From: Dehalococcoidia bacterium
GTDB lineage: Bacteria; Chloroflexota; Dehalococcoidia; Lucifugimonadales; CATQGZ01
DNA length: 64,000 nucleotides
Direction of reading: 5' to 3'
Assembly: GCA_965223945.1 (NCBI GenBank)
Contig: CBDCXW010000008.1
Location: 422,485 to 486,484 of the forward strand
Positions 9,159 to 17,786 of the stretch are shown in pieces. Under the pieces are notes generated by a model, which worked only from the letters and a program-made list of their open reading frames with translations, was not told the origin of the DNA and searched no databases. A program made the position numbers and the translations under genes. Every line of letters starts with the position of its first letter. The first letter of the stretch is position 1.

Positions 9159-9914
9159 TCACCCTTGAGACAGCAAGCGGTCGAGATTGCCAGCGCAGAC
9201 GGTCGCGAGTACCGCCTCGTCCAAGCCGCAGCGATGAAGGCTGTACAGCTGCGGGGCCATCGGCGAGTCGGGAAACCTCGATCCGAACAGGACGCGCTCG
9301 TACCCTGCCTCGTCGATCAGCCCGGTCAGGCCGTCGGGGACGACGAACCGCGAGATCTCGACGTGCACGTTGGGGAGGCTCCTCAGCATGGGGAATATCC
9401 ACGGGACGTGTACATAGTGCACCTCGCTGAGGACGACCGCTACTCCGGGGTGCTCGCACAGCGTGTCATGCAGCTCGCCCGGATCGAATTCGGGCGCGGG
9501 CAGCCAGAGCGGCAGGCCCTCCGACGCGAGCCACTCAAGCCACGGTCCGACGACCCAGCTCCTGAACGGATAGTTTCCCGTCGCGGGAAACATCCGGACC
9601 GACCTGACGCCGAGCTCTTCCACCTGAGCCGCGAACCGGTCAAGGTCGTCCACTGCTGGACTGCACGCGAGCTGGGGGACCAAGTTGCTGGCCCCCGCCA
9701 CCATCTCCATCAGGTAGTCGTTGCCGTCCCGCGTATCGAACGCGGCCGAGTGGGCGGAGTAGACGAGGGCCCGATCGATCCCGGCCCTCCGCATCTCGGA
9801 CTGCACCGAGTCGACCGTATCGGCCGTCACGCGACGGTCATGACGGCGCCCGAGCGCCACGTTAGCGTCGAAAACGGGCACCTCGGGCCTGAAGTGGAGG
9901 TCTACTTCTCCCAT
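9159..9914 (-). CDS. Amidohydrolase-2 family protein (paralogue of the downstream gene)
   Basis: 251 aa with FGSRFP at the C-terminus, the same fold family as 8382..9155. The N-terminal HxH is degenerate (FDANVALG). Confidence 0.65.
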   Translation of the reverse strand: MGEVDLHFRPEVPVFDANVALGRRHDRRVTADTVDSVQSEMRRAGIDRALVYSAHSAAFDTRDGNDYLMEMVAGASNLVPQLACSPAVDDLDRFAAQVEELGVRSVRMFPATGNYPFRSWVVGPWLEWLASEGLPLWLPAPEFDPGELHDTLCEHPGVAVVLSEVHYVHVPWIFPMLRSLPNVHVEISRFVVPDGLTGLIDEAGYERVLFGSRFPDSPMAPQLYSLHRCGLDEAVLATVCAGNLDRLLSQG

Positions 9915-10091
9915 AGCCGTGTCCTGCTACACCCCTCCAAGGATAACGCGGCCATTCTAACAGACTGTGCCGAGGGAGAGTCAGGCTCTCTTATCGAGGG
10001 ACACGGGGCCACTTCCTAGGTCTCTTTCAGTGAAAAGTGTCGCAAACTGTTGGATTTCTGTTGGATTCAGCTTTGGGCGTCGCCGACGTAC

Positions 10092-10164
10092 GCAACGGTT
10101 CTGCCACGTATATGCCGCACTTGTGCAACGGGTCCGCGACAGCGACACAACAGTATTGCAACGG
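10092..10164. repeat. Three direct GCAACGG(T/G) repeats at exact 33-bp spacing
   Basis: Copies at 10092, 10125 and 10158. Flanked by tandem CTGTTGGATT x2 (10047, 10058) and GTGTTGAAYGG x2 (10317, 10329). Confidence 0.7.
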
Positions 10165-10369
10165 TACCCACGGCGGCGCCTTCAGCGCTGGTGGGGCTGT
10201 CTGTGTTCGGGTTGAGCATGGGGTTCATTGTACGAACACCAGTTCGGCACGTCAAGGGGGTTGGGCGCTCACGCGGACCCACTTTCATGGCGGACAGGCA
10301 GGCAGACGAGGACACAGGTGTTGAACGGAGTGTTGAATGGTGAAGTGACGGTGGGCTGAGGGCGACTCA

Positions 10370-11409
10370 TCACCCCGGCAGTGAGATTGCCGTCCGAACA
10401 GCTTCTAGCAGTGTTGACCTCCGCTCCTCCGAGGTAAAGGATGCGAGGATACTCTGCCTGGTGAACGACAACAGGTCATCCATTCCGAAGCCTAAGGCCG
10501 CGGCCTGTTCGTACTCGCGTTCGATGGAGGTGCACAGCCGTACCGGGTCATCGGTGCTCAGGGTGACGGGTACTCCCACTTCGGCGAGGCGTCGAATCGG
10601 ATGCTCCTCCAGCGACGGGACCGCGCCCAGGGTCAGGTTCGAGGTCAGGCAGCATTCGACGGTGACCCCAGAGTCTACGACTCGTTGCAGCAGCTTGTCG
10701 GTGGCAGTCGCGTACACCCCGTGGCCGATTCGGCTAATACCCGGGAGCTGCAGGGCTGCCGCAATGTTGGCGGTCGAGAACTCTCCGGCATGGACGGTGA
10801 TACCCAACCCGGCCTCGGCCGCCCTCTCCGCCCACACGGCGGCCTCCGTCCAGTCAGCCTCGGAGTCGTAGGGGTCCGGGATGAAGTCGATTCCCGCCAG
10901 TCCTGCTCGCGCGCCCGCAGGCAGGACTCGAGTGCCTCGGGCGGGCTGGCCGTCGAGAGACGCATCACCCCTATGGCTTCGGCGTAGAAGAGAGGGTGAC
11001 GCTCGCGGACGCGCCGCTCCGCCTCCCTGAACAGGGTCATGTGGCACGGCCCCAGTCCAGCCCCGACCCCGAATCGGACCTCGACGAGCACGGCTCCGTC
11101 TCTCGCGGCGCCTTCCAGCATAGCCGACACCCATGGGACGAAATGTGCATAGCCCACAGCGAGGGCGTTCAGCTCGGCGGTGTCGAGACCGCCGTTGAGT
11201 CGAGTGAGGCGGGGCATCCCGGGAGGCAGCTCAGCCAGGCTCTCGAGGGAGCTCTCCCAATCATAGGGAGGTCGGTCATCCCGCTCGGCGAGCAGGCGGT
11301 CCAGGTGGGCGTACGTCTCGGCGTGACGATGGAGATCGGCCTTCGGGAGCCTTCGTAGAGGCTGGCGGGGTCTCCGTGGTCCGAGCCCTTGCGGGGAATC
11401 AAGGGGCAA
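10370..11409 (-). pseudogene. add: Adenosine deaminase family gene with a single-nt frameshift near 10912
   Basis: The N-terminal part (LPKADLHRHAE...) is in ORF 10675..11409. The C-terminal part (LAGIDF...VHAGE...TLSTDDP) is in ORF 10370..11134. The frames join if one G is added to a GG run. Confidence 0.75.
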
Positions 11410-11517
11410 GCTGTGTCTACTCCTTGGGCTTCGTCTGTATATAGGGATGGGCGTAGCAGAGAAGGCTGACTCTTAGATACAGAATGCCACAAGAGGGACC
11501 TGCGGCATGCAGCCGGC

Positions 11518-12360
11518 TCAGGTTCTCGGCGGCCCTTCGGCGATCCATGCCTTCACGTCGGCCACAGCGCCCAAATTGGGGCCGATGGGAGCCGCGTACC
11601 AGGTTGCCCCGACCTCCGCGTATGCCGCCGCCGTGTCGTCCAGCCTCGTTCGGTCAAGGCCCAGCAGGGCCCCCGCGGCCACGACGTCGAACGAGCCCAT
11701 ATCGCCACGGTGCTCGCCGACGTATTCGACGATAGCCTTCATTATATCCGGCGTCATGGCATTGACTTCGCCCTTCCAGTAGATCGGGTAGACGCCGTCC
11801 CAACGGGCCGCCCTGCGCAGCGGCGCTTTATTGGGCCACTGTCCGCCCGCCCAGATGGGAATCCTGGGCCGCTGCACGGGCTGGGGCAGGAACCACGCGC
11901 CATCGACGCGGAAGTGCTCTCCCTGGTACGAGAACGGCTCGCCCGACCACAGCCCTGTAAGCACTTCCAGGCCCTCGTCGAGCTTCGCCGCGCGGGTCCT
12001 GAGCGCCCCATCCTCGCCGAACCTCTCGTACTCTGAATCGGCAGGCTCGCCGAGCCCCACGCCCAGGGTGAGCCTGCCGCCCGACAGGCGGTCCACCGAG
12101 ACGGTCTCGCGCGCCAGCTTCCAGGGCCGCCGCCGGGGAATCGGGGTAACCGCGGTGCCGATGCGGATCCTCTCCGTCCTCGCCGCCATGACAGACAGGG
12201 CCACCCAGGGGTCGACGATGGGCTGCATCCCGTCTATGGACAGGTGGTCCCAGATGAAGAAGCCGTCCCAGCCGGACTGCTCGGCCAGGTGTGCCAGCTC
12301 GCCGAGGAGCCGGGGGTCCGAATAGTCGCCGGAGATCGGCGAGTCGATGGCGTATAGCAA
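11518..12360 (-). CDS. LLM-class (luciferase-like) flavin/F420-dependent oxidoreductase
   Basis: 280 aa with GWDGFFIWDH, RLTLGVGLG and other typical LLM TIM-barrel motifs. Confidence 0.8.
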   Translation of the reverse strand: MLYAIDSPISGDYSDPRLLGELAHLAEQSGWDGFFIWDHLSIDGMQPIVDPWVALSVMAARTERIRIGTAVTPIPRRRPWKLARETVSVDRLSGGRLTLGVGLGEPADSEYERFGEDGALRTRAAKLDEGLEVLTGLWSGEPFSYQGEHFRVDGAWFLPQPVQRPRIPIWAGGQWPNKAPLRRAARWDGVYPIYWKGEVNAMTPDIMKAIVEYVGEHRGDMGSFDVVAAGALLGLDRTRLDDTAAAYAEVGATWYAAPIGPNLGAVADVKAWIAEGPPRT

Positions 12361-12373
12361 CGGCAGGGAGTCC

Positions 12374-13234
12374 CTAGCTCTCCGAGGCCCCCAGGCCTGA
12401 AATCCGGCGGATGTGCTCGGAGGGCATCTCTCTCGCCCGCTCTAGGCTGCGGTCGGCCACGATTATCCTCGGCAGCACCTCGGGCTTCTCTCTGACGAAC
12501 GACTCCGCGTACATCACTCCTGCGTACCAGCCTATGTTGCCCAGGGTGACCGCGATCCGTCTCCGGGCGAACTCGTCGGTGTGTCCCTGGGACCTGAAGG
12601 CCATTTCGGCCTGTACGCGGCGCTCGAACGAGTCGGTAATGTCTACGTAGAAGTCGTACTGGTCCTTTTCGAAGTAGACGCCCGGGAAGTAGGTGGCGGC
12701 GATGCGGTGCGGAGGCTCGTCGGAGCCGTATCGTACTGTCGCCGCTTGATTCCTGGCCTCCAGGCTCGCGTAGGCCACCTCAGAGTGGTCGTCGGCCGCA
12801 CCGCTCTGGAGACGGGGATGGCCGGTAAAAAATGGGCTCTGAGTGATCATCACGTGGGGGCGCAGCTCGAGGATGATGTCGCAAAGCTGGTCGACGACCT
12901 CCGGCGAGCGCGTGACGCGGAACGGCTCTTCCGTACCAAGTATGCGGACATCCTCGATACCGAAGAACGAGCAGGCCTCCTGAAGCTCGCGCTCCTTGGT
13001 CTCCGAGTACGCTTCCGGGCCCTGGTCCAGCACAGACCGGTCTCGCTCCTCGGCGGGCTTCATCAGCTCGGTGTGCAGCTGCTCGTTGTGAGTGTAGACG
13101 CCGTGAGCGACGGAGACGACGGTGACCTCGTCTCCGCGCGCGACGTGGATGCCGCACGTTGCAGCGGAGTGCGTGAAGTCATGCGGATGGGCGGTAACCG
13201 AGAGGATTCTTAGCTTCTGCTCACTCATGCTCAA
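12374..13234 (-). CDS. PIG-L/LmbE family deacetylase
   Basis: LRILSVTAHPHDFTH...GDEVTVVSVAHG matches the LmbE-type metal-binding N-terminus. Confidence 0.75.
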   Translation of the reverse strand: MSMSEQKLRILSVTAHPHDFTHSAATCGIHVARGDEVTVVSVAHGVYTHNEQLHTELMKPAEERDRSVLDQGPEAYSETKERELQEACSFFGIEDVRILGTEEPFRVTRSPEVVDQLCDIILELRPHVMITQSPFFTGHPRLQSGAADDHSEVAYASLEARNQAATVRYGSDEPPHRIAATYFPGVYFEKDQYDFYVDITDSFERRVQAEMAFRSQGHTDEFARRRIAVTLGNIGWYAGVMYAESFVREKPEVLPRIIVADRSLERAREMPSEHIRRISGLGASES

Positions 13235-13539
13235 GCCTCATAGACTGGCGTCCTAGTTTCCTCGACCGACTGGCGGAAGTACGGGTTACTGACGGCCGAG
13301 TCTACGACTAAATCGACCGACTGTCCGAAAAGTAGCTCAAGGGATTCCAGCAGACCAAAGTAGGCGTCGGCATATGTGCCTGCTGGCAGTGGTTGGAACT
13401 CAACCACAAAGTCGAGGTCGCTTTCCTCAGCATGGTACCGGCCGGTCGCCGCCGAGCCGAACAGGTCGAGCCGCGTGACATGGTGACGGAGGCAGAGCTG
13501 CTTCAACTCGGCGTTCCGTTCTTCGATGACTGAGTTCAT
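13231..13539 (-). CDS. Nucleotidyltransferase-domain protein (MNT-type antitoxin-like), no HEPN partner
   Basis: LDLFGSAATGRYHAEESDLDFVVEF (the GS...DxD motif of minimal nucleotidyltransferases). ATG at 13539. The longer ORF to 13830 overlaps the dipeptidase gene and is rejected. Confidence 0.75.
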   Translation of the reverse strand: MNSVIEERNAELKQLCLRHHVTRLDLFGSAATGRYHAEESDLDFVVEFQPLPAGTYADAYFGLLESLELLFGQSVDLVVDSAVSNPYFRQSVEETRTPVYEA

Positions 13540-13594
13540 CAGGTGTTCTTCCGTTCCGTATGCCGGGTGGGCGCATCGCCATTCATCCCCCGCA

Positions 13595-14701
13595 CTATTC
13601 CGGCAGCCACTTCTCGTAGAAGCGCTGCCAGTTGCGGTGCATGATGTTCGAGACGTCCTCCTCGCTGTGCCCCCGCTTCTCGAGCACTGCCGCGATCTTA
13701 TGGTAGTCGGCGGCCGAGTCCACTCCATGGGGCGCCCCGCTCCACCCGACGCCGCCGCCCAGATCACTGCCCAGTGCGGCGTGCAGGGAGTTGCCGGCGA
13801 GCTGGCACACGTAGTCCATGTGGTCGGCAACGTCCTTCAGGGTGACCTCTTCCCTGGCATAGGTCTTCCGTCGGTCGGGAATATCGACCCAGTCGATTCC
13901 AGGCCTGTAGAGCATGAAAGCGTCCAGCGAGGTGCCTATCACGCCTCCGCGCTCGATCACGCGGTTCAGCAGCTCGTCCGGGAACTGTCTCTCGCCGGGC
14001 ACAAGCGCGCGGCAGTTCTGATGAGTGGCGACGACGGGCCCGCCGAAGATGTCCATCGCCTGTCTGACCGACTCGTCCGACGTGTGAGTAACGTCGAGAA
14101 TCATGCCCAGCGTCTCCATCTCGCGAAGCAGGTATTTCGCTGGTGCAAACAGCCCTCCCTCGGTGCCGGTGGACGTGCCGTGCGAGTAGGTGCTGACGCC
14201 GTAGTGGGACAGGCTCACCACCCTGACGCCGACGTCCCACCACTCGTGGACCTGCTCCGGCCATAGAATAGGGTCGGCGCCCTCTATCCCTATGATCATG
14301 CCGACGGGCAACCGGGAGTAGTCGCCGGCCGCGGCCCACTCCGCCATGTGCTCCCTGAGCTGGCCGTTCGTCTCGATGACCCGCGCCTCGCCCCTCGTGT
14401 CGAGAATCCGGTAGTAGGCCGCCTGTCCGCGGGCCATTGCGTAGGCGATGTCTCCGGTCCGGTATCCCCAAAGGGGACTGCCCGGTCGATATATCCGGCC
14501 TGAAAGCTTCGCCACTATGACGGCGACCCCTCCACGCCGGAAATCCGGAAGCGACACGACCGCCTCCGAGTCGGGGATGCTCGGGACCCAGCTGCGTCCC
14601 GACGGTGACGCGGCGCGTATTTTCTCCAACGGCAGAGTCAGGTCGCGGTCGCGCTCCATCGCCCCAAGCATGAATGCGCAGTCGCCGTCGATTATCAGCA
14701 T
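13595..14701 (-). CDS. Membrane dipeptidase (peptidase M19) family protein
   Basis: MLIIDGD..., VVSLSHYG, LDVTHTSDESV and ATHQNCRAL motifs. Paralogue of 60181..61284. Confidence 0.85.
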   Translation of the reverse strand: MLIIDGDCAFMLGAMERDRDLTLPLEKIRAASPSGRSWVPSIPDSEAVVSLPDFRRGGVAVIVAKLSGRIYRPGSPLWGYRTGDIAYAMARGQAAYYRILDTRGEARVIETNGQLREHMAEWAAAGDYSRLPVGMIIGIEGADPILWPEQVHEWWDVGVRVVSLSHYGVSTYSHGTSTGTEGGLFAPAKYLLREMETLGMILDVTHTSDESVRQAMDIFGGPVVATHQNCRALVPGERQFPDELLNRVIERGGVIGTSLDAFMLYRPGIDWVDIPDRRKTYAREEVTLKDVADHMDYVCQLAGNSLHAALGSDLGGGVGWSGAPHGVDSAADYHKIAAVLEKRGHSEEDVSNIMHRNWQRFYEKWLPE

Positions 14702-14860
14702 GGCCCATGACCTCGAAATGTCCTCACGGTTGTGCCGCGACCATTCTACTGCACCCCGAGACCTGGTGCGTCTACGGGGGAAGCTCGCTGGGTGTTGTCA
14801 AAATATTCCAGCAAGTAAAGCCGTGTTGATAAGCGTACCGGTACACGGTATTATAGGTCG

Positions 14861-15138
14861 ATGATCAGAACCTTCCGCCATCGAGGCCTGAAGCGACTCT
14901 ATGAGCGGGATGACCCTAGTAGAGTGGGGGCTGACTTGGCGAATCGGATCGCTCTAGCTCTAGCGGACCTTGATGATGCCAGTAAGCTTGGGGACATCGC
15001 TTTGCCAGGGTACAGACTTCACCCTTTCAAGGGTGATATGAAGGGGCTATGGAGATCTCGATTTCCTGCAACTGGCGGATCACGTTCTGGTTCGAGGGCG
15101 GCGACGTGCACGATGTCGACCTGGTCGACTATCACTAG
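14861..15138 (+). pseudogene. higB: HigB (RelE/ParE-superfamily killer) toxin with a -1 frameshift near 15051-15053
   Basis: [14 protein letters not shown]...[17 protein letters not shown] then shifts. The native C-terminus [28 protein letters not shown] is readable in the -1 frame and ends at TAG 15136-15138. The site is a GG run that would be GGG in an intact gene. Confidence 0.8.
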
Positions 15139-15154
15139 TGAGAGGATGAGGACT

Positions 15155-15451
15155 ATGGCTATGAAGAATCCGCCACATCCTGGACGCAGCATCAAGGAGA
15201 ACTGCCTGGACCCCCTTGGCCTGACCGTCACAGAGGCCGCCAAGGTGCTTGGCGTGGCTCGGCACACACTCTCGCGCGTAGTGAACGGCCATGCCGCTGT
15301 CTCGCCTGAGATGGCGATTCGTCTTGAAAAGGCCGGTTGGTCCGATGCTGAGTTCTGGCTGAGACGACAGACTTCATACAATCTGGCACAGGCGCGCAGG
15401 AGTGACGATCAGATAAGAGTCGAACGGTACCAGCCACGGCCTACGACTTAG
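15155..15451 (+). CDS. higA: HigA antitoxin (XRE-type HTH)
   Basis: [45 protein letters not shown].... SD GAGAGGA lies upstream of ATG 15155. Confidence 0.9.
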   Translation: MAMKNPPHPGRSIKENCLDPLGLTVTEAAKVLGVARHTLSRVVNGHAAVSPEMAIRLEKAGWSDAEFWLRRQTSYNLAQARRSDDQIRVERYQPRPTT

Positions 15452-17164
15452 CCCGAATCCACCGAAGGAGGGCGTCGGGTCAGTGTCCTGAAGCGGCAAG
15501 AGGGTGCTCCTGTGAATCTGGGATAATGGTTTTGAAACAGCAAAGCCGACCCCAGAACAAGGAGCACCCGATAGATGCTAGCACGCAACCATCCCGACCG
15601 CATCCGTATCGCCTTCGACGACCACCGCCTGGTGGCCAATGCTGGGCTGCTCCTCCCGGTGACCCTAGCCCAGCACCTGGGCCTGCGTGAAGTCGTCGAC
15701 AGCCACGTCGACCTGGGAGACGCGCCGGGGCGAGCGAACCCAGGAGACAAGATGCTGACCCTGGTGGCCTCGGCGCTGGCTGGGGGCGACTTCATTGACG
15801 ACGCCGACGTGTTGCGTACCGGCGGGACAGCTGGCGCCATCGGCTGCGTAGTCAAGGCGCCATCCACCCTGGGAACTTTCCTGCGCAGCTTCCGGTGGGG
15901 CCACGTCCGCCAGTTGGATCGGGTGAGCCGGGAGTTGCTGTCCCGGGCCTGGGCCGCTGGTGCGGGACCCGGCGAAGGGCCGTTGACCATCGACTTGGAC
16001 TCCACCATGTGCGAGACCTACGGACTGGCCAAGGAGGGGGCGCGTCACCATGGTTACACTGGCCAGCGGGGCTATCACCCGCTGCTGGCCATCGCCGCCG
16101 GCACCGGCGACGTGCTGATGTCTCGGCTGCGCGAGGGCCGCGCCAACACCGTTCGGGGCGCCGCCCACTTCCTGCGGGAGACCGTGGGCCGGGTGCGCCA
16201 TGCTGGGGCTACAGGACAACTCACGGTGCGGGCCGACAGCGGCTTCTATGCCCACGCCCTGGTCGTCGTCTGCCGCAAGATGGATGTCCGCTTCTCCATC
16301 ACCATCCGCCAACACGCCCGCCTCAGGGAGTTGATTGAGGCGATTCCCGAGGAGGACTGGACGCCCGTCCCCTACTGGATGGACGGCGGCGCCGACGTGG
16401 CCGAGACCACCTACACTCCCTTCCAGGGTGAGCCCGAAGCCGCCCCAGTGCGGCTCATCGTCCGGCGGGTGAAGCCCACGCCCGGTTCCCAACTGGCCCT
16501 CTTCGCCAGCTACAGCTATCACGGCTTCATCACCGACCGGGACGGGGAAACCCTGGAACTGGAGGCCGACCATCGCCGCCACGCCGAGATTGAGAATGCT
16601 ATCCGAGACCTCAAGCACGGCGTCGGCCTCAACCATCTCCCCTCGGGCCGCTTCCCCGCCAACGGCGCATGGCTGGCCGTCCAGGTGCTGGCCCATAACC
16701 TGGCCCGCTGGACCGCGCGCATCGGTCTGGACGAGGGGGTGGTGACCACCAAGACCCTCCGGCGGCGCTTCTTCTCCCTGGCCGGACGGCTCACCCGCTC
16801 GGCCCGCCGCCTCACTTTGCATCTGCCACAGGGCTGGCCTTGGGAAACCCAGTTCACTCGCGCGCTGGCTCGATTGCGAGCCCTGCCATTGCCTGCCTGA
16901 CGGCACCGACGGCGCCTGACACGTCCACCAGACTACCCAACCGACCCACAGAGTCGCACCGGCCCGGTCCGCGATTGTCTTCCCCTGCATGCTGTCCCGC
17001 CGACCCCGCCCCAGCGCCGCTGCCCAGGACCGCCATCGGCGCCCCCAACGACAACCAAAGGCCGCCACCGGCCCCATTTATCGGAATCGAGCGCGGACCG
17101 TCGCGTCCCACGGCCCTCACCCCTTGTTCCAACCCCAAGGCCGCTCCGCATCGGTGGATTCGGG
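15452..17164 (+). mobile_element. Intact IS1380-family insertion sequence (1713 bp)
   Basis: Perfect 14-bp terminal inverted repeats: CCCGAATCCACCGA (15452-15465) and TCGGTGGATTCGGG (17151-17164). Flanked by a 5-bp direct repeat CTTAG (15447-15451 and 17165-17169). Confidence 0.9.
15575..16900 (+). CDS. IS1380-family DDE transposase
   Basis: 441 aa. N-terminus FDDHRLVANAGLLLPVTLAQHLGL; C-terminus HAEIENAIRDLKHGVGLNHLPSGRFPANGAWL, typical of IS1380. Confidence 0.9.
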   Translation: MLARNHPDRIRIAFDDHRLVANAGLLLPVTLAQHLGLREVVDSHVDLGDAPGRANPGDKMLTLVASALAGGDFIDDADVLRTGGTAGAIGCVVKAPSTLGTFLRSFRWGHVRQLDRVSRELLSRAWAAGAGPGEGPLTIDLDSTMCETYGLAKEGARHHGYTGQRGYHPLLAIAAGTGDVLMSRLREGRANTVRGAAHFLRETVGRVRHAGATGQLTVRADSGFYAHALVVVCRKMDVRFSITIRQHARLRELIEAIPEEDWTPVPYWMDGGADVAETTYTPFQGEPEAAPVRLIVRRVKPTPGSQLALFASYSYHGFITDRDGETLELEADHRRHAEIENAIRDLKHGVGLNHLPSGRFPANGAWLAVQVLAHNLARWTARIGLDEGVVTTKTLRRRFFSLAGRLTRSARRLTLHLPQGWPWETQFTRALARLRALPLPA

Positions 17165-17242
17165 CTTAGGGAACCGTAGCAGGCAGGATAGACGAGGGGT
17201 AACCAATCAGACCGTCGCAGTCGCAGACTGTCGGGATGGAGA

Positions 17243-17595
17243 TGGTGGAGACGGGGGAGGGTCGAACTCCCCGTCCAGAAGACGCTCGGCGAGGATATGC
17301 TACAGGCTTAGCTGGTACTTGGTTTCTCGCTCCCGGCGGTCCCTACCAGCAAGGCCCGCCGAGGGCCAGCCGATGAGTCTTTGGCCCGCCACCCTATCGG
17401 CGTCAGTCGGGCCGCACCTCGATTTGCGTCGCCCAGCCGCCTCCTTCGAGGAGAGGAGACGGTGAACGTGGCCGCCTAGGCGGCCAGGGCTAGCTCGTTG
17501 TTGCCAGCTATTGTTTTGCCACCTTTTTACGAGGTGTGATGGCGCCTCGGCCTGCAATCCTGCGGAGACATCCCCTGTCGAACCCACGCGTCCCC
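17243..17595 (-). ncRNA. ssrA: tmRNA (SsrA)
   Basis: 5' GGGGACG pairs with 3' CGUCUCC-A-CCA, including the G3:U alanine identity pair. T-arm GGGAG-UUCGACC-CUCCC. The internal tag ORF (17476-17520) ends ...NNELALAA-UAG. Confidence 0.9.
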
Positions 17596-17607
17596 ACATC
17601 TACCACG

Positions 17608-17616
17608 ATTATACCA
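17608..17616 (-). promoter_or_regulatory. Extended -10 promoter element for ssrA
   Basis: Minus strand reads TGgTATAAT, ending 12 nt upstream of the mature tmRNA 5' end. No good -35 hexamer. Confidence 0.5.
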
Positions 17617-17786
17617 CTGTGCGGCCCGGGGCATGTTGGGGACGGTCACAGGGTGCGGCTGAGCCCTATCACGACGGCGACCGCTATGACTATCGCAAGG
17701 ACAGCCCAGCGAACCGCTCGATCCCGGGAACCTAGCAGGCGGCGCTGGGCCTCTCTTCTTCGCCTTCGATTCGAGCTCAGCGGCGC

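Noticed and set aside
8574-10019. 481-aa ORF antisense to the two amidohydrolase genes
   Set aside because: It overlaps two recognisable genes on the other strand. It has no recognisable motifs and a high-GC shadow-ORF composition.
10037-10343. Small ORFs (82-97 aa) in the 10.0-10.35 kb intergenic region, and the 66-aa ORF 48389..48589
   Set aside because: They show no coding-like composition, overlap one another in several frames, and sit in repeat-rich AT-richer DNA that is better explained as regulatory or RNA sequence.
13540-13830. N-terminal extension of the MNT ORF (199-aa version)
   Set aside because: The extension overlaps the 3' end of the dipeptidase gene and has junk-like composition. 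The conserved domain starts at MNSVIEERN (ATG 13539).
15665-17077. 470-aa ORF antisense to the IS1380 transposase
   Set aside because: It lies fully opposite a well-supported transposase gene. Its Gly/Ala/Arg/Pro-rich composition is typical of spurious antisense ORFs in high-GC DNA.
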